A stretch of DNA of 64,000 nucleotides from an uncultured Nitrospinota bacterium (lineage in GTDB: Bacteria > Tectomicrobia > Entotheonellia > J063 > CAVPRW01). The translations under genes and the position numbers were made by a program. The stretch is taken from NCBI GenBank assembly GCA_963707985.1, contig CAVPRW010000042.1:192001-256000 (forward strand), given 5' to 3'. Below are positions 1 to 9,267 of the stretch, one piece after another. How positions within the stretch are numbered: position 1 is the stretch's first letter; each line of letters starts with the position of its first letter. The notes below the pieces were generated by a model. That model was not told the origin of the DNA. It was given only the letters and a program-made list of their open reading frames with translations, and did no database searches.

Positions 1-93
1 GCCTCTGGAGTGTGAACCGTCGAGCCACGCGAGGAAGGTCAAGCCGACGTGTGATGACTCCTTGCTGAGTCAATACGACTGCGGGGAAAGACT

Positions 94-426
94 ATGGAGA
101 TCAATATCAAGTCTGTTGAACAAGTGACGGTAGTGGAGATTGCCGGTGATATCGACAGCAATACCGCGCCGCAGGCCCAAGAACGGATTCTGCCTCTGGT
201 CCAGCCAAGCAGCAAACTGCTCCTGGATATGAGTGGCGTAGAATACATGTCCAGCGCGGGCCTGCGCGTGTTGCTATCTATGTATCGCCAGGTGTCGCGA
301 CAAAATGGCGGTATGGTCCTAGTGGGACTGGCCGAAGAGATCAAAGACACGATGTCGATTACTGGATTCCTTAACTTCTTCACGACCCGTGATACTGTGG
401 ACGAGGGCCTGAGAGCTCTAGCCTAA
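94..426 (+). CDS. STAS-domain anti-sigma factor antagonist (RsbV/SpoIIAA-like)
   Basis: 110 aa; LLDMSGVEYMSSAGLRVLL motif with the phosphorylatable Ser. Confidence 0.93.
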   Translation: MEINIKSVEQVTVVEIAGDIDSNTAPQAQERILPLVQPSSKLLLDMSGVEYMSSAGLRVLLSMYRQVSRQNGGMVLVGLAEEIKDTMSITGFLNFFTTRDTVDEGLRALA

Positions 427-444
427 CAGATGTAAGGAGCAGGT

Positions 445-2556
445 ATGGAGCGAATAGACATACATCCAACCCATACCCACGGGGAATTCAAGCTGCGGGC
501 AGGTCGTCCACTGCCCTTTGGAGCAACCCAGGTGGAAGGGGGCATCAATTTTTCCGTATCCTCCCGTCATGCCAGCTCCTGTACGCTGGTGCTGTTCAAA
601 AAGCACCAATCGGAGCCGATGGCAGAAATCCCCTTTCCCGATGAGTTTCGAATCGGGAACGTCTTTGCCATGGTGGTGTTTGGATTAGACTATGAGAACA
701 TTGAGTACGGCTTCCGTATGGATGGGCCCTATGACATTCGGGAGGGACATCGGTTTGATCCCACCAAGATTCTCCTGGATCCTTACGCCAAAGTCATCGG
801 TGGTCGCGATGTCTGGGGGGGGCCGCCGGACTGGAACGACATGTACCAGCACCGGGGCCGCATCATCTTCGACGATTTCGACTGGGGATCCGACCGCTCC
901 TTGGAAATACCCACCGAGGATCTGATTATCTATGAGGCGCACGTCCGTGGTTTTACACAGCACCCTTCATCTGGCGTCAAGCACCCAGGCACTTTCGCCG
1001 GCATCCGCGAGAAGATCCCCTATCTCAAGGAGTTGGGCGTCAATTGCATCGAGTTGATGCCCATCTTTGAGTTCGACGAGTTTGAAAACAGCCGCAGGCA
1101 CCCGGAAACGGGGGAGCTACTGTTGAACTATTGGGGTTACAGCCAGGTCGGCTTCTTCGCCCCCAAGGCCGCTTATGCAGCCACCGGAAAATTCAGCATG
1201 CAGGTTGACGAGCTCAAAGCGCTCATCAAAGACTTGCATAACAATGGCATAGAAGTGTTTCTCGACGTAGTCTTCAACCACACTGCAGAAGGGAACGAGA
1301 ACGGCCCCACCATCTCATTTCGCGGCATCGACAACCAGACCTATTACATGCTCACCCCCGAGGGTTACTACTACAACTTCAGTGGGACCGGTAACACCCT
1401 CAATTGCAATAATCCGATGGTACGCAACATGGTGCTGGACTCCCTGCGCTACTGGGCGGCAGAATACCACATCGATGGCTTCCGCTTTGACCTGGCTTCC
1501 ATCCTGGGGCGCGACCCCTGGGGTGCCCCGCTCTCAAACCCGCCATTGCTAGAAACCCTGGCCTTCGATCCCATCCTGGCCAAGTGCAAACTCATCGCCG
1601 AGGCATGGGACGCCGGTGGACTCTATCAGGTCGGTTCCTTTCCCTCGTATGGGCGTTGGGCGGAGTGGAACGGCAAGTACCGCGACGCCGTCCGCAAGTT
1701 CCTGAAGGGGGAAATGGGCCTGGTTGGGGAGATGGCCCAGCGGATACAGGGGTCACCAGACCTGTATCGGTGGCGCGGTCCCACCGCTTCCATCAATTTC
1801 ATCACGGCGCACGATGGCTTCACCCTTGGTGATCTGGTCTCGTATAACGAGAAGCACAACGAAGCCAATGGAGAAAACAACAACGACGGCGGTAACGACA
1901 ATGACAGCTGGAACTGCGGCTGGGAGGGACCTACCGACGATCCGGAAATTAACGCCCTGCGTTGCCGACAGATCAAGAACGCTGCGGCTATTTTAGCAGT
2001 GAGCCAGGGAGTGCCCATGATCCTTATGGGCGATGAGATCGCGCGCACCCAACGAGGGAACAACAACGCCTATTGCCACGACAATGAACTGAGCTGGATG
2101 GATTGGACGCTGCTGAAATCGAATGCCGACCTCTTTCGGTTCTTCAAGAACTGTATCGCTTTTCGCAAGGCCCATGTAGTGCTGCGAAACCGCACCCACT
2201 TGCGGAACCAGGACTATGTGGGAAGTGGGTATCCCGATATTAGCTGGCATGGAGTCCGGGCGTGGCAACCCGACTGGTCCGGCTCGAGTCGCGTCCTTGC
2301 CTTTATGCTCTGTGGCAAACATGCGAACAATGGGGAAGGCCAGGACAACTACATCTACGTGGTGATGAATATGTATTGGGAGGCCCACCTGTTCGAATTA
2401 CCGGGACTGCCGCAGGGAATGCAATGGTACGTCTCCACCAATACGATAGCGACTCCCCCCGAGGACATCTGGGAGCCCGGCCGCGAACCCTTGGTAAAGG
2501 ACCAGCATCAATTCCATGTGGGACCACGTTCCATTGTGATTCTGGTGGGCAAGTAG
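445..2556 (+). CDS. glgX: Glycogen debranching enzyme/isoamylase (GH13 + CBM48)
   Basis: 703 aa; LDPYAK, NYWGY, DVVFNHTAEG, GFRFDLAS, AEAWD, FITAHDGF, QRGNNNAYC; SD AAGGAG upstream. Confidence 0.96.
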   Translation: MERIDIHPTHTHGEFKLRAGRPLPFGATQVEGGINFSVSSRHASSCTLVLFKKHQSEPMAEIPFPDEFRIGNVFAMVVFGLDYENIEYGFRMDGPYDIREGHRFDPTKILLDPYAKVIGGRDVWGGPPDWNDMYQHRGRIIFDDFDWGSDRSLEIPTEDLIIYEAHVRGFTQHPSSGVKHPGTFAGIREKIPYLKELGVNCIELMPIFEFDEFENSRRHPETGELLLNYWGYSQVGFFAPKAAYAATGKFSMQVDELKALIKDLHNNGIEVFLDVVFNHTAEGNENGPTISFRGIDNQTYYMLTPEGYYYNFSGTGNTLNCNNPMVRNMVLDSLRYWAAEYHIDGFRFDLASILGRDPWGAPLSNPPLLETLAFDPILAKCKLIAEAWDAGGLYQVGSFPSYGRWAEWNGKYRDAVRKFLKGEMGLVGEMAQRIQGSPDLYRWRGPTASINFITAHDGFTLGDLVSYNEKHNEANGENNNDGGNDNDSWNCGWEGPTDDPEINALRCRQIKNAAAILAVSQGVPMILMGDEIARTQRGNNNAYCHDNELSWMDWTLLKSNADLFRFFKNCIAFRKAHVVLRNRTHLRNQDYVGSGYPDISWHGVRAWQPDWSGSSRVLAFMLCGKHANNGEGQDNYIYVVMNMYWEAHLFELPGLPQGMQWYVSTNTIATPPEDIWEPGREPLVKDQHQFHVGPRSIVILVGK

Positions 2557-2583
2557 CCAGTTGTGCAATGAAAGGAGAGGCTC

Positions 2584-2922
2584 ATGGCTTTTCGCGCAAC
2601 AACGATGATTGACTCCGGTATCGCAAAGATCACTATGGCTGGGCAACTCGATGCCAGCATGGCTCCCGTCTTCCAGAAAGAGGTAGAGCACGCGGAGGCC
2701 CAAAAGGTCAAACGTCTTGTGCTCTTGATGTCAGAATTGGAGTATATTTCCAGCGCGGGTCTGCGAGCCTTGGTCTTTACGAAGCAAAAGATGGGCCGTG
2801 ACGTTGATATCTATGTGATTGGCGCTCAGCAACAGGTCCTGGACACTCTACAGATGACTGGATTTAATCGCAGTGTCATCGCCCTAGATACTTACGATGC
2901 AGGCACAATAGAAAACATATAG
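2584..2922 (+). CDS. STAS-domain anti-sigma factor antagonist
   Basis: 112 aa; GQLD...LEYISSAGLRAL motif. Confidence 0.92.
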   Translation: MAFRATTMIDSGIAKITMAGQLDASMAPVFQKEVEHAEAQKVKRLVLLMSELEYISSAGLRALVFTKQKMGRDVDIYVIGAQQQVLDTLQMTGFNRSVIALDTYDAGTIENI

Positions 2923-2940
2923 CTCTCTGGAGCCATCGGT

Positions 2941-3378
2941 ATGAAGGCCTTGACCGTACCTGCAACGCTGGAGTCTCTGGGGACCATTGCTGAATACGTG
3001 ATGGCGGCAGCTGCTTCAGCCGGCCTGGACAGACGAGCCAGCTACCGCCTGCGTCTGGCCGTTGATGAGATCACCACCAATATCATTGTCTACGGTCATG
3101 CCAACGCGGGTCTCCAGGGCGTGCTAGAACTACGTGCGGATATGGACGACAAAACCCTCATGATCTCGATCGAAGATTCGGGTGTTGCCTACGACCCGCG
3201 GCAAGCCCCGGTCCCCGATACCGATCTGCCGCTAGAGCAACGTCCTATCGGCGGGCTTGGAATCTATCTCGCCATTCGGAGTGTCGACGAATTCCTCTAC
3301 GAACATGTGGGAGACCGCAATCGAACGATCCTCAAAATGCATCTGCCTCCGACCTCTTCAGAAGAAGACAGAGCGTGA
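2941..3378 (+). CDS. Anti-sigma factor Ser/Thr kinase (RsbW-like, HATPase_c)
   Basis: LAVDEITTNIIVYG (N box), IEDSG (G1), RPIGGLGIYL (G2). Confidence 0.92.
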   Translation: MKALTVPATLESLGTIAEYVMAAAASAGLDRRASYRLRLAVDEITTNIIVYGHANAGLQGVLELRADMDDKTLMISIEDSGVAYDPRQAPVPDTDLPLEQRPIGGLGIYLAIRSVDEFLYEHVGDRNRTILKMHLPPTSSEEDRA

Positions 3379-3512
3379 CCGCATCCAGCGAGCCCAACTC
3401 ACATAAGAGGGTGGTAGTGCCATTATGATCCTTAGGGCGCCACGACACGAGCCCAGGCCAAGAGCTGGATCTCCGTGCCAGAAAAGGTGACGAAGACACG
3501 GATGGAGTCCGC

Positions 3513-5174
3513 GTGACAATTCGAACAAAGTTTAGTCTTTCTTCCCTTATAGTCCTCGCTTTACTTGCTGTGCTAATCGATGGCGGTTTAATCTTTCTGG
3601 TCCGAGCGAAGGAGGAAGTAGCCGCAGGGCACAAGATGGCCGCTAGTCTTGTGCGGGCTGTAGGTGACATACGAGGACACTGGCTTCAAGTGAACGATGA
3701 AGTCAACGATCTAATCCGTCGCGGATACAATGCCAAAGATTTCGACCAGTATAAAGCTGCGATCGAAAGCTACGTGGAGAGCCTCAAAAAGTTGGAATTC
3801 ATGATACCTATGGCTCCAGACCTGGAGATTCTCCAGACTGGACTCAATATGGTCGTCGAATTGTCAGTACAGATTGCCACGCTCGTGTCGACTGATTCAC
3901 ATGAGCCCTCCTCGATCCAGTCAGCTATTGCCGCTGCAATCGGCGAAAGGGCGGATGCGCTTGATGCATTGGGAGATGAAATTGAAGAGGATTTGCTCGG
4001 GCTAATCAAGAAGTCTGAGCAGCGGGAGTCTCTGGCGGTTGAGCACGTGGAACGGCTAGAAGCGTTCATTCGAATGTTTGCGTTAGCCATCTTTGGCATG
4101 ATTTTTCTGGTCATCGGTGGGCAATATCTGTTGATCCTTCGCCCTATTACGAACTCTATCCAAAAACTGGTGTTTGGGGCAACAGAAATCGGGAAAAAAA
4201 ACTTAGATTATCGCCTGGACATCCATACAAGGGACGAAATCGAACAATTGGGCCATGAGTTCAATCAAATGGCAGCAAACGTTTGTATGTCTTACCGCGC
4301 AATAGAAGCCGCCAAAGAGCAGATTGAGGTCTACTCACAAGCCCTTAAAGGTGAGCTTGACAAAGGCCGACAGCTCCAGGAGGATTTTCTGCCTTATGGG
4401 CTGCCACAACTACCTGGTTGGGATCTTGCGGCGTCTCTGAAACCCGCTCGTGATGTCTCAGGGGATTTTTACGATGCCTTTATACTCCCCGATAACCTCG
4501 TGGCGATAGTCATTGGCGACGTCTGCGACAAGGGCGTCGGCTCAGCGCTTTTTATGGCCCTCTGCCGTAGTTTGTTGCGGATCTTTTCCATTCGGCTTGA
4601 CCCGGATAGCTTCGCTATGCAAATCGGCGATCAGGCAAGCGGTATAGTGAGAGCCCGGAATCCGCAACTAGCAACCAGTTCAGGGCCTACAAACCTCCTG
4701 AATGCTGTCGGGTTCACTAACAGTTATATCGCCCAGACTCACAGCCATACGAATATGTTCACGACCCTTTTCTTCGGTATCTTGGACCCGGCAACAGGCA
4801 TACTACGATATATCAACGGTGGGCATGAGCCTCCTGCGATCCTGGGTGCGGGCGGCATCAAAGCGCGACTTACCCCTACCGGTCCAGCTGTTGGCTTGTT
4901 TCCCGATGTCAGCTTTGAAGTGCGTCAAATCGACCTCGAAGCAGGCGACATGCTGCTAGCCTATACCGACGGCGTCACTGATGCGCGAAATCCGAGCGGA
5001 GAGCGCTTCACGCAAGAGCGACTGCTGTTGCTATTGGAGCACCCCCTCACCTCTGCGGCTGCTCTTCTGGATACCGTTGAGAGTCGCTTACAGGTCCACA
5101 TTGCTGATGCAGTCCAGTTTGATGACATTACGTTACTTGCTGTGCGACGAGCACGTGCCGCCGAAGCATCATAG
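3513..5174 (+). CDS. Membrane sensor-HAMP-PP2C/SpoIIE phosphatase (RsbU-like)
   Basis: Two TM segments around a helical periplasmic domain; HAMP (DEIEQLGHEFNQM); VSGDFYD, GDVCDKG, YTDGVTD, DDITLL. Confidence 0.92.
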   Translation: MTIRTKFSLSSLIVLALLAVLIDGGLIFLVRAKEEVAAGHKMAASLVRAVGDIRGHWLQVNDEVNDLIRRGYNAKDFDQYKAAIESYVESLKKLEFMIPMAPDLEILQTGLNMVVELSVQIATLVSTDSHEPSSIQSAIAAAIGERADALDALGDEIEEDLLGLIKKSEQRESLAVEHVERLEAFIRMFALAIFGMIFLVIGGQYLLILRPITNSIQKLVFGATEIGKKNLDYRLDIHTRDEIEQLGHEFNQMAANVCMSYRAIEAAKEQIEVYSQALKGELDKGRQLQEDFLPYGLPQLPGWDLAASLKPARDVSGDFYDAFILPDNLVAIVIGDVCDKGVGSALFMALCRSLLRIFSIRLDPDSFAMQIGDQASGIVRARNPQLATSSGPTNLLNAVGFTNSYIAQTHSHTNMFTTLFFGILDPATGILRYINGGHEPPAILGAGGIKARLTPTGPAVGLFPDVSFEVRQIDLEAGDMLLAYTDGVTDARNPSGERFTQERLLLLLEHPLTSAAALLDTVESRLQVHIADAVQFDDITLLAVRRARAAEAS

Positions 5175-5370
5175 GCGATTCAGGAGCTGACCACAACATG
5201 GCGCCGAACATAGTTCTAGAGCTCATGATGTCATGACCACTCAAACGCCAACTCTAGCCGTCATGCTGCTGGCTAGCCGACAGGCAGGACGGTAATGCTA
5301 TGGCCTCTGCACCGCCCGGCCTTCCTTTGAATCGGAGTCGTTCGGCATACCACTAAAAGGAGAGGAAGGT

Positions 5371-6087
5371 ATGAGGTCGACAAAAAGAATTCTCATCGTT
5401 GTTGCTAACCCAGCTGTGTCTACCACTACCGGCTGGCCGGTCCGGTTCTGGGCTGCAGAGCTTATTCATCCCTATGATGCCTTCACACGAAACGGGTACG
5501 ACGTCATCATTGCCAGCCCCAATGGTGGAAGGGTTGAAGTGGATGCGTACTCCGATCCACGAGATGCCAGCGGCTATTCGAAAAACGACACGCTGAGCCT
5601 GGACTATCTCAACAATCCAGAATTCGCCGGGCTCCTGGAGAATACGCCCAATGTCGCGACGCTCAACCCGGCGGACTTCGAGGCGATTGTGGTCATTGGC
5701 GGGCAGTCTCCGATGTTCACCTTCAAAGCTGCCGTCACCTTACAGCAGCTTTTCACGGACTTTTACCGTACAGGCAAGGTGAGTGCTCCGCAGTGCGATG
5801 GGACCTCTTTACTCCTGTACCTGAAGGAAGCTACTGGGGAGCCCTTCGTCAGGGGCAAGACCATGACAGGCTTTGCCAATAGAGAGGAAGATTTCGCTGA
5901 TCAGATTGTGGGTCAAAAGCTCATGCCGTTCTGGATCGAGGACGAAGCGCGGCAGCTAGGTGCAAACTTTATTGCCGCGCCTGCGTTCCAGCCACATGCC
6001 GTGCGTGACCGTCACCTCATCACAAGCCAGCAGCAATTCAGCGGCGGTGAAGTCGCAAAGCTGGTGCTTGAAGCCCTCCAAGCATAG
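5371..6087 (+). CDS. DJ-1/PfpI (class I glutamine amidotransferase-like) protein, possibly degenerating paralog of 28687..29400
   Basis: Close similarity to 28687..29400; nucleophile elbow reads SAPQCDG instead of SAALCHG. Confidence 0.85.
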   Translation: MRSTKRILIVVANPAVSTTTGWPVRFWAAELIHPYDAFTRNGYDVIIASPNGGRVEVDAYSDPRDASGYSKNDTLSLDYLNNPEFAGLLENTPNVATLNPADFEAIVVIGGQSPMFTFKAAVTLQQLFTDFYRTGKVSAPQCDGTSLLLYLKEATGEPFVRGKTMTGFANREEDFADQIVGQKLMPFWIEDEARQLGANFIAAPAFQPHAVRDRHLITSQQQFSGGEVAKLVLEALQA

Positions 6088-6250
6088 TAGCTCAAGGGGT
6101 AGACATGGCCTCCAGAATCCTGCAATTAGCGGAGCATAGAAGACATGTACAGCGGAGATTCATCGCCTCATGCACCGGACTCGCGGGCTGCCTCATGAAC
6201 TGCGACAGGTGCTTGGCGGCGATGTCGTTTCCGACAAGGGAGTGGGAACG

Positions 6251-6913
6251 ATGAGTGAGCCCAACGAGCTCACCATGCAGCAGGAGAAGGAGACCGGGCG
6301 TATCGAGGCGTTCAGCGACGGGGTATTCGCGATCGCCATTACGCTACTCATTCTGGAGATCAAGGTGCCGAACGCGCATGAGCTCGGCGCAGTCGGAGGG
6401 CTCGGGGCGGCCCTGCTCAAACTCTGGCCGAGCTATCTGGCCTTCGTCACCAGCTTCGCAACGATCCTGGTGATGTGGGTGAATCACCACCGGCTGTTCA
6501 ACCACATCCGGCGGATCGATCATGCCTTCCTCTTTTGGAACGGCCTCTTGCTGTTCCTGGTGACGTTTGTCCCGTTTCCGACGGCGCTCCTGGCCGAGTA
6601 TCTGCCTCATGCAGAGGCACGTCTCGCAGCCAGCGTGTACTCGGGGACCTTCGTCGCGGTCGCCCTGGCCTTCATGGGGCTCTGGTGGCATGCGTCGACG
6701 GACCGGCGGCTCTTGGCTCGGGCCGTGAACACCGCAGAGGTGGAGGAGATCACACGGCAATATCGCTTCGGGCCACTGTCATATCTGGCCGCCTTCATCG
6801 CCTCGTTCTTCTCGGTATGGCTGAGTCTGGGTATCTGCCTCGGTTTGGCCGTGTTCTTTGCCTCCAGGGGTCTTCCTGCCAGCCGGCCGCAGCCGTCGGA
6901 GCACCACACCTGA
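6251..6913 (+). CDS. TMEM175-family K+ channel
   Basis: Signature RIEAFSDGVFAIAITLL, W..HH motif, ~6 TM helices; start at ATG 6251 after GGAG (track ORF starts at 6170). Confidence 0.9.
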   Translation: MSEPNELTMQQEKETGRIEAFSDGVFAIAITLLILEIKVPNAHELGAVGGLGAALLKLWPSYLAFVTSFATILVMWVNHHRLFNHIRRIDHAFLFWNGLLLFLVTFVPFPTALLAEYLPHAEARLAASVYSGTFVAVALAFMGLWWHASTDRRLLARAVNTAEVEEITRQYRFGPLSYLAAFIASFFSVWLSLGICLGLAVFFASRGLPASRPQPSEHHT

Positions 6914-6995
6914 CCATTATGAGGTCCGCAGTTGTGAAGAGGTCAACCAGTTCAGTGAGCGGGAGCTTTGTCGCATTTGGGTGCTCGCGAAGCCG
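6904..6995. repeat. 92-bp dispersed repeat, copy 1 (copy 2 at 29475..29566)
   Basis: ccacacctgacc...gtgctcgcgaagccg; 5 mismatches in 92 by manual alignment. Confidence 0.92.
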
Positions 6996-7640
6996 GCATC
7001 ATCCTTGCTCAGGCAGTTCTACCCGAGCCAGGCGAAGGTGCGTTCGATAGGGCAGCCGTAAAGGCCCTGTTTGCCCCACGCTCAGCGGCCTTATGCAGCC
7101 GCTCCCAGGCCGGACGGTCGAGCCGGGTGCCTTGGTAGCCCTCTCCCCGGTCAACATGGCATGCCTCAAGCGTCCAGCCTTCCATAGTCCTGGACCCGGA
7201 GACGCGCGCCTAGGTGGCGACGTCGCTGGGGTACCTCCAAGCTGGCGTCGATCGCCGCGGCCGGCTCGTCTGCCGCGGGCACAGGTCGCCGTTGCTCGCT
7301 CCCAATCTGCAGCAAGTGCTGATCGAGCTGCTGCCACCGCCGCTCGCCTGCGAACCTGTGGATAACCCGGCAGCGCATCGTCCGCGCCTTGGCTGACGCG
7401 CTATAGAGCCGCCGTCCACCGTTCCATACCGGGAGGGAGCACGGTGGCCTGAGACTGAATCGCGGCGCCTCCCTGCACCCGACCCACCGCAAACGCCATT
7501 TTGGCTCAGCCTTGCTGCCCCAGCTGATAGCCCCAGCTGATAATGCGGAGCGGACTCTTGGACCGAGAACGCCTGATGGCCACTATCTCACGCGCCTCCT
7601 GCGTGATCATTCGCTCCGCCCTCTTGCTGCGGGTATTACA

Positions 7641-8229
7641 GGGCTTGTGCACTATCGTACTGTGCAGCTTGACGTCCATCAGGCCACCGTGGTCGCGCGG
7701 CGTCCTGGCTGAGGCCGGCGGCGCATCAGTGAGGTGCGGACCTTCGGGATCACCACGGCTGCTCTGTTGGCCATGGCTAATTGGCTAATGGAGCAAGGGG
7801 TGACTCACGTGGCAATGGAGAGCACAGCGGTCTATGTGTTCAACGTCCCGGAGCACGCCTCCGCGGTCATCCTGGCCAATGTCCCGCACTAGAAGACGGT
7901 GCCTGACTGCAAGACCGACCGGACACGCCGGGGCAAGCCCTGGCTGAAGCTAGTGCGGGTGGAGTGTGTCGGGGAGGCCGGCCGCGCCGGGCGGATGAAT
8001 CGGGTCGCCCAGGACGCCCGGCTGGAGCGCCACTGGGCGAAGAAGGCCGCGCTTGCCATGGGGCACAGCATCCTGATGGCCCCGTATTACATCCTGCGAA
8101 ATGGCGTGCCTAACCATGGTCGTGGTCCTGCCCACTGCCATTGCCTGGCCACCGACCGGCTCACGCGCCATTATGTCTAGGGACTGGAGGAACTGGGCCA
8201 CCGTGTTCCCCTCCATGCGGCGGTTGCGT
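7641..8229 (+). mobile_element. IS110-family transposase remnant, internally deleted and frameshifted
   Basis: N-terminal LDVHQATVVA...GVTHVAMESTAVY...VPDCKTD joined directly to C-terminal GKPWLK...KKAALAMGHSIL..YYILRNG. Confidence 0.82.
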
Positions 8230-8508
8230 GAGAAAAAGGTTAAGGCTTTCTGGGGAACGTCGGGTCTATTTCACTTTTTGCTTGACATCAGAGCCATCTG
8301 CCATTACTCTCAGCGCCACTTTCCTTCGCATTAGCATTACCAAGAACCCTTACCACCATACAACGAGATCGACGCAAAGCCCATAGGCCTCTAGCCTGTT
8401 CCACGAAGGAGCGATAGCACCGGTGGCTGAGCTGGCTTCTTACTACTATCCCGCATAATTTCCGCCGGAGTCACGGAGGTTTGAGGCAGCAGCCAAAAAG
8501 AGTGAACA

Positions 8509-8763
8509 ATGCCACTCCTCATCCTCCTCACTGGCGAAGCGGGAAATACAGGTAGCCAGGTTGTCAAACAGCTCATTGTCAAAGGTGCGTCAACGCATGC
8601 GCTCGTTCGTGATTCGAACGGAGCAGCATCAATTAAAGGGTCTGGTATCGACATCATTGTGGGTGATTTCAGTCAGCCCGAAACCCTCGCCCAAGTACTA
8701 GCGGCTGTTGAGCGGGTCTTTCTGCTTTCGCCGCCCAGTCCGCAGAGTGAAGATGACAATTAA
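8509..8763 (+). pseudogene. NmrA/SDR-type NAD(P)-binding protein, N-terminal fragment
   Basis: ILLTGEAGNTGSQVV...ALVRD...GDFSQPETL...VERVFLLSP, then stop at the transposase remnant. Confidence 0.75.
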
Positions 8764-8779
8764 TTGAGGCCTGGTGATA

Positions 8780-9045
8780 ATTGATGCTGTCCTCCGTAAG
8801 GGATTGATGCCCTGGCCAAGATGTAGGTGTTGCTCATGCTGATAGCGCAACACGAACTGATACACGACCACCGCACCCAAGGCGAGCAGTTGCGAGCGCT
8901 GCAAGCCCTTAACCGGGCTTTTCACCCGGCACTCAAAGACGTTCTTTTACAAGCACAAGCTGTTGAAGGGTTCGATGGCTTGAGAGCCCAGTTGATGAAA
9001 CACTTTCCGGACCGCGACGTCGCTATCCCGATGGGGATATGCGCC
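8780..9045 (-). mobile_element. DDE transposase C-terminal remnant (IS4/IS5-like superfamily, family uncertain)
   Basis: YPHRDSDVAVRKVFHQLGSQAIEPFN / VFECRVKSPVKGLQRSQLLALGAVVVYQFVL across broken frames. Confidence 0.6.
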
Positions 9046-9267
9046 ACGACGAAGCTCTGGAACGAGGAGCACGGGACCCGCATCATCATCCGGCAGGTGA
9101 AATATGGGAGTTAGCCAGCAGTATCTTCCCAAGGGGGTACACCAGAGTCTGCAGCTCCTGGTTTTCCGCCATGGCCACCAGGGGGAGTAGACGGGGCGTC
9201 GCGGGAGATTACCCAGTTAGCTATGAGATATTCTCATTTGGGAAAACTTCCCAGGATGGAGGGCATT

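Noticed and set aside
7000..7640. IS110 bridge RNA or group II intron 5' end upstream of the IS110 remnant
   Set aside because: The transposase is decayed; no supportable structure, domain V or reverse transcriptase was found by eye.
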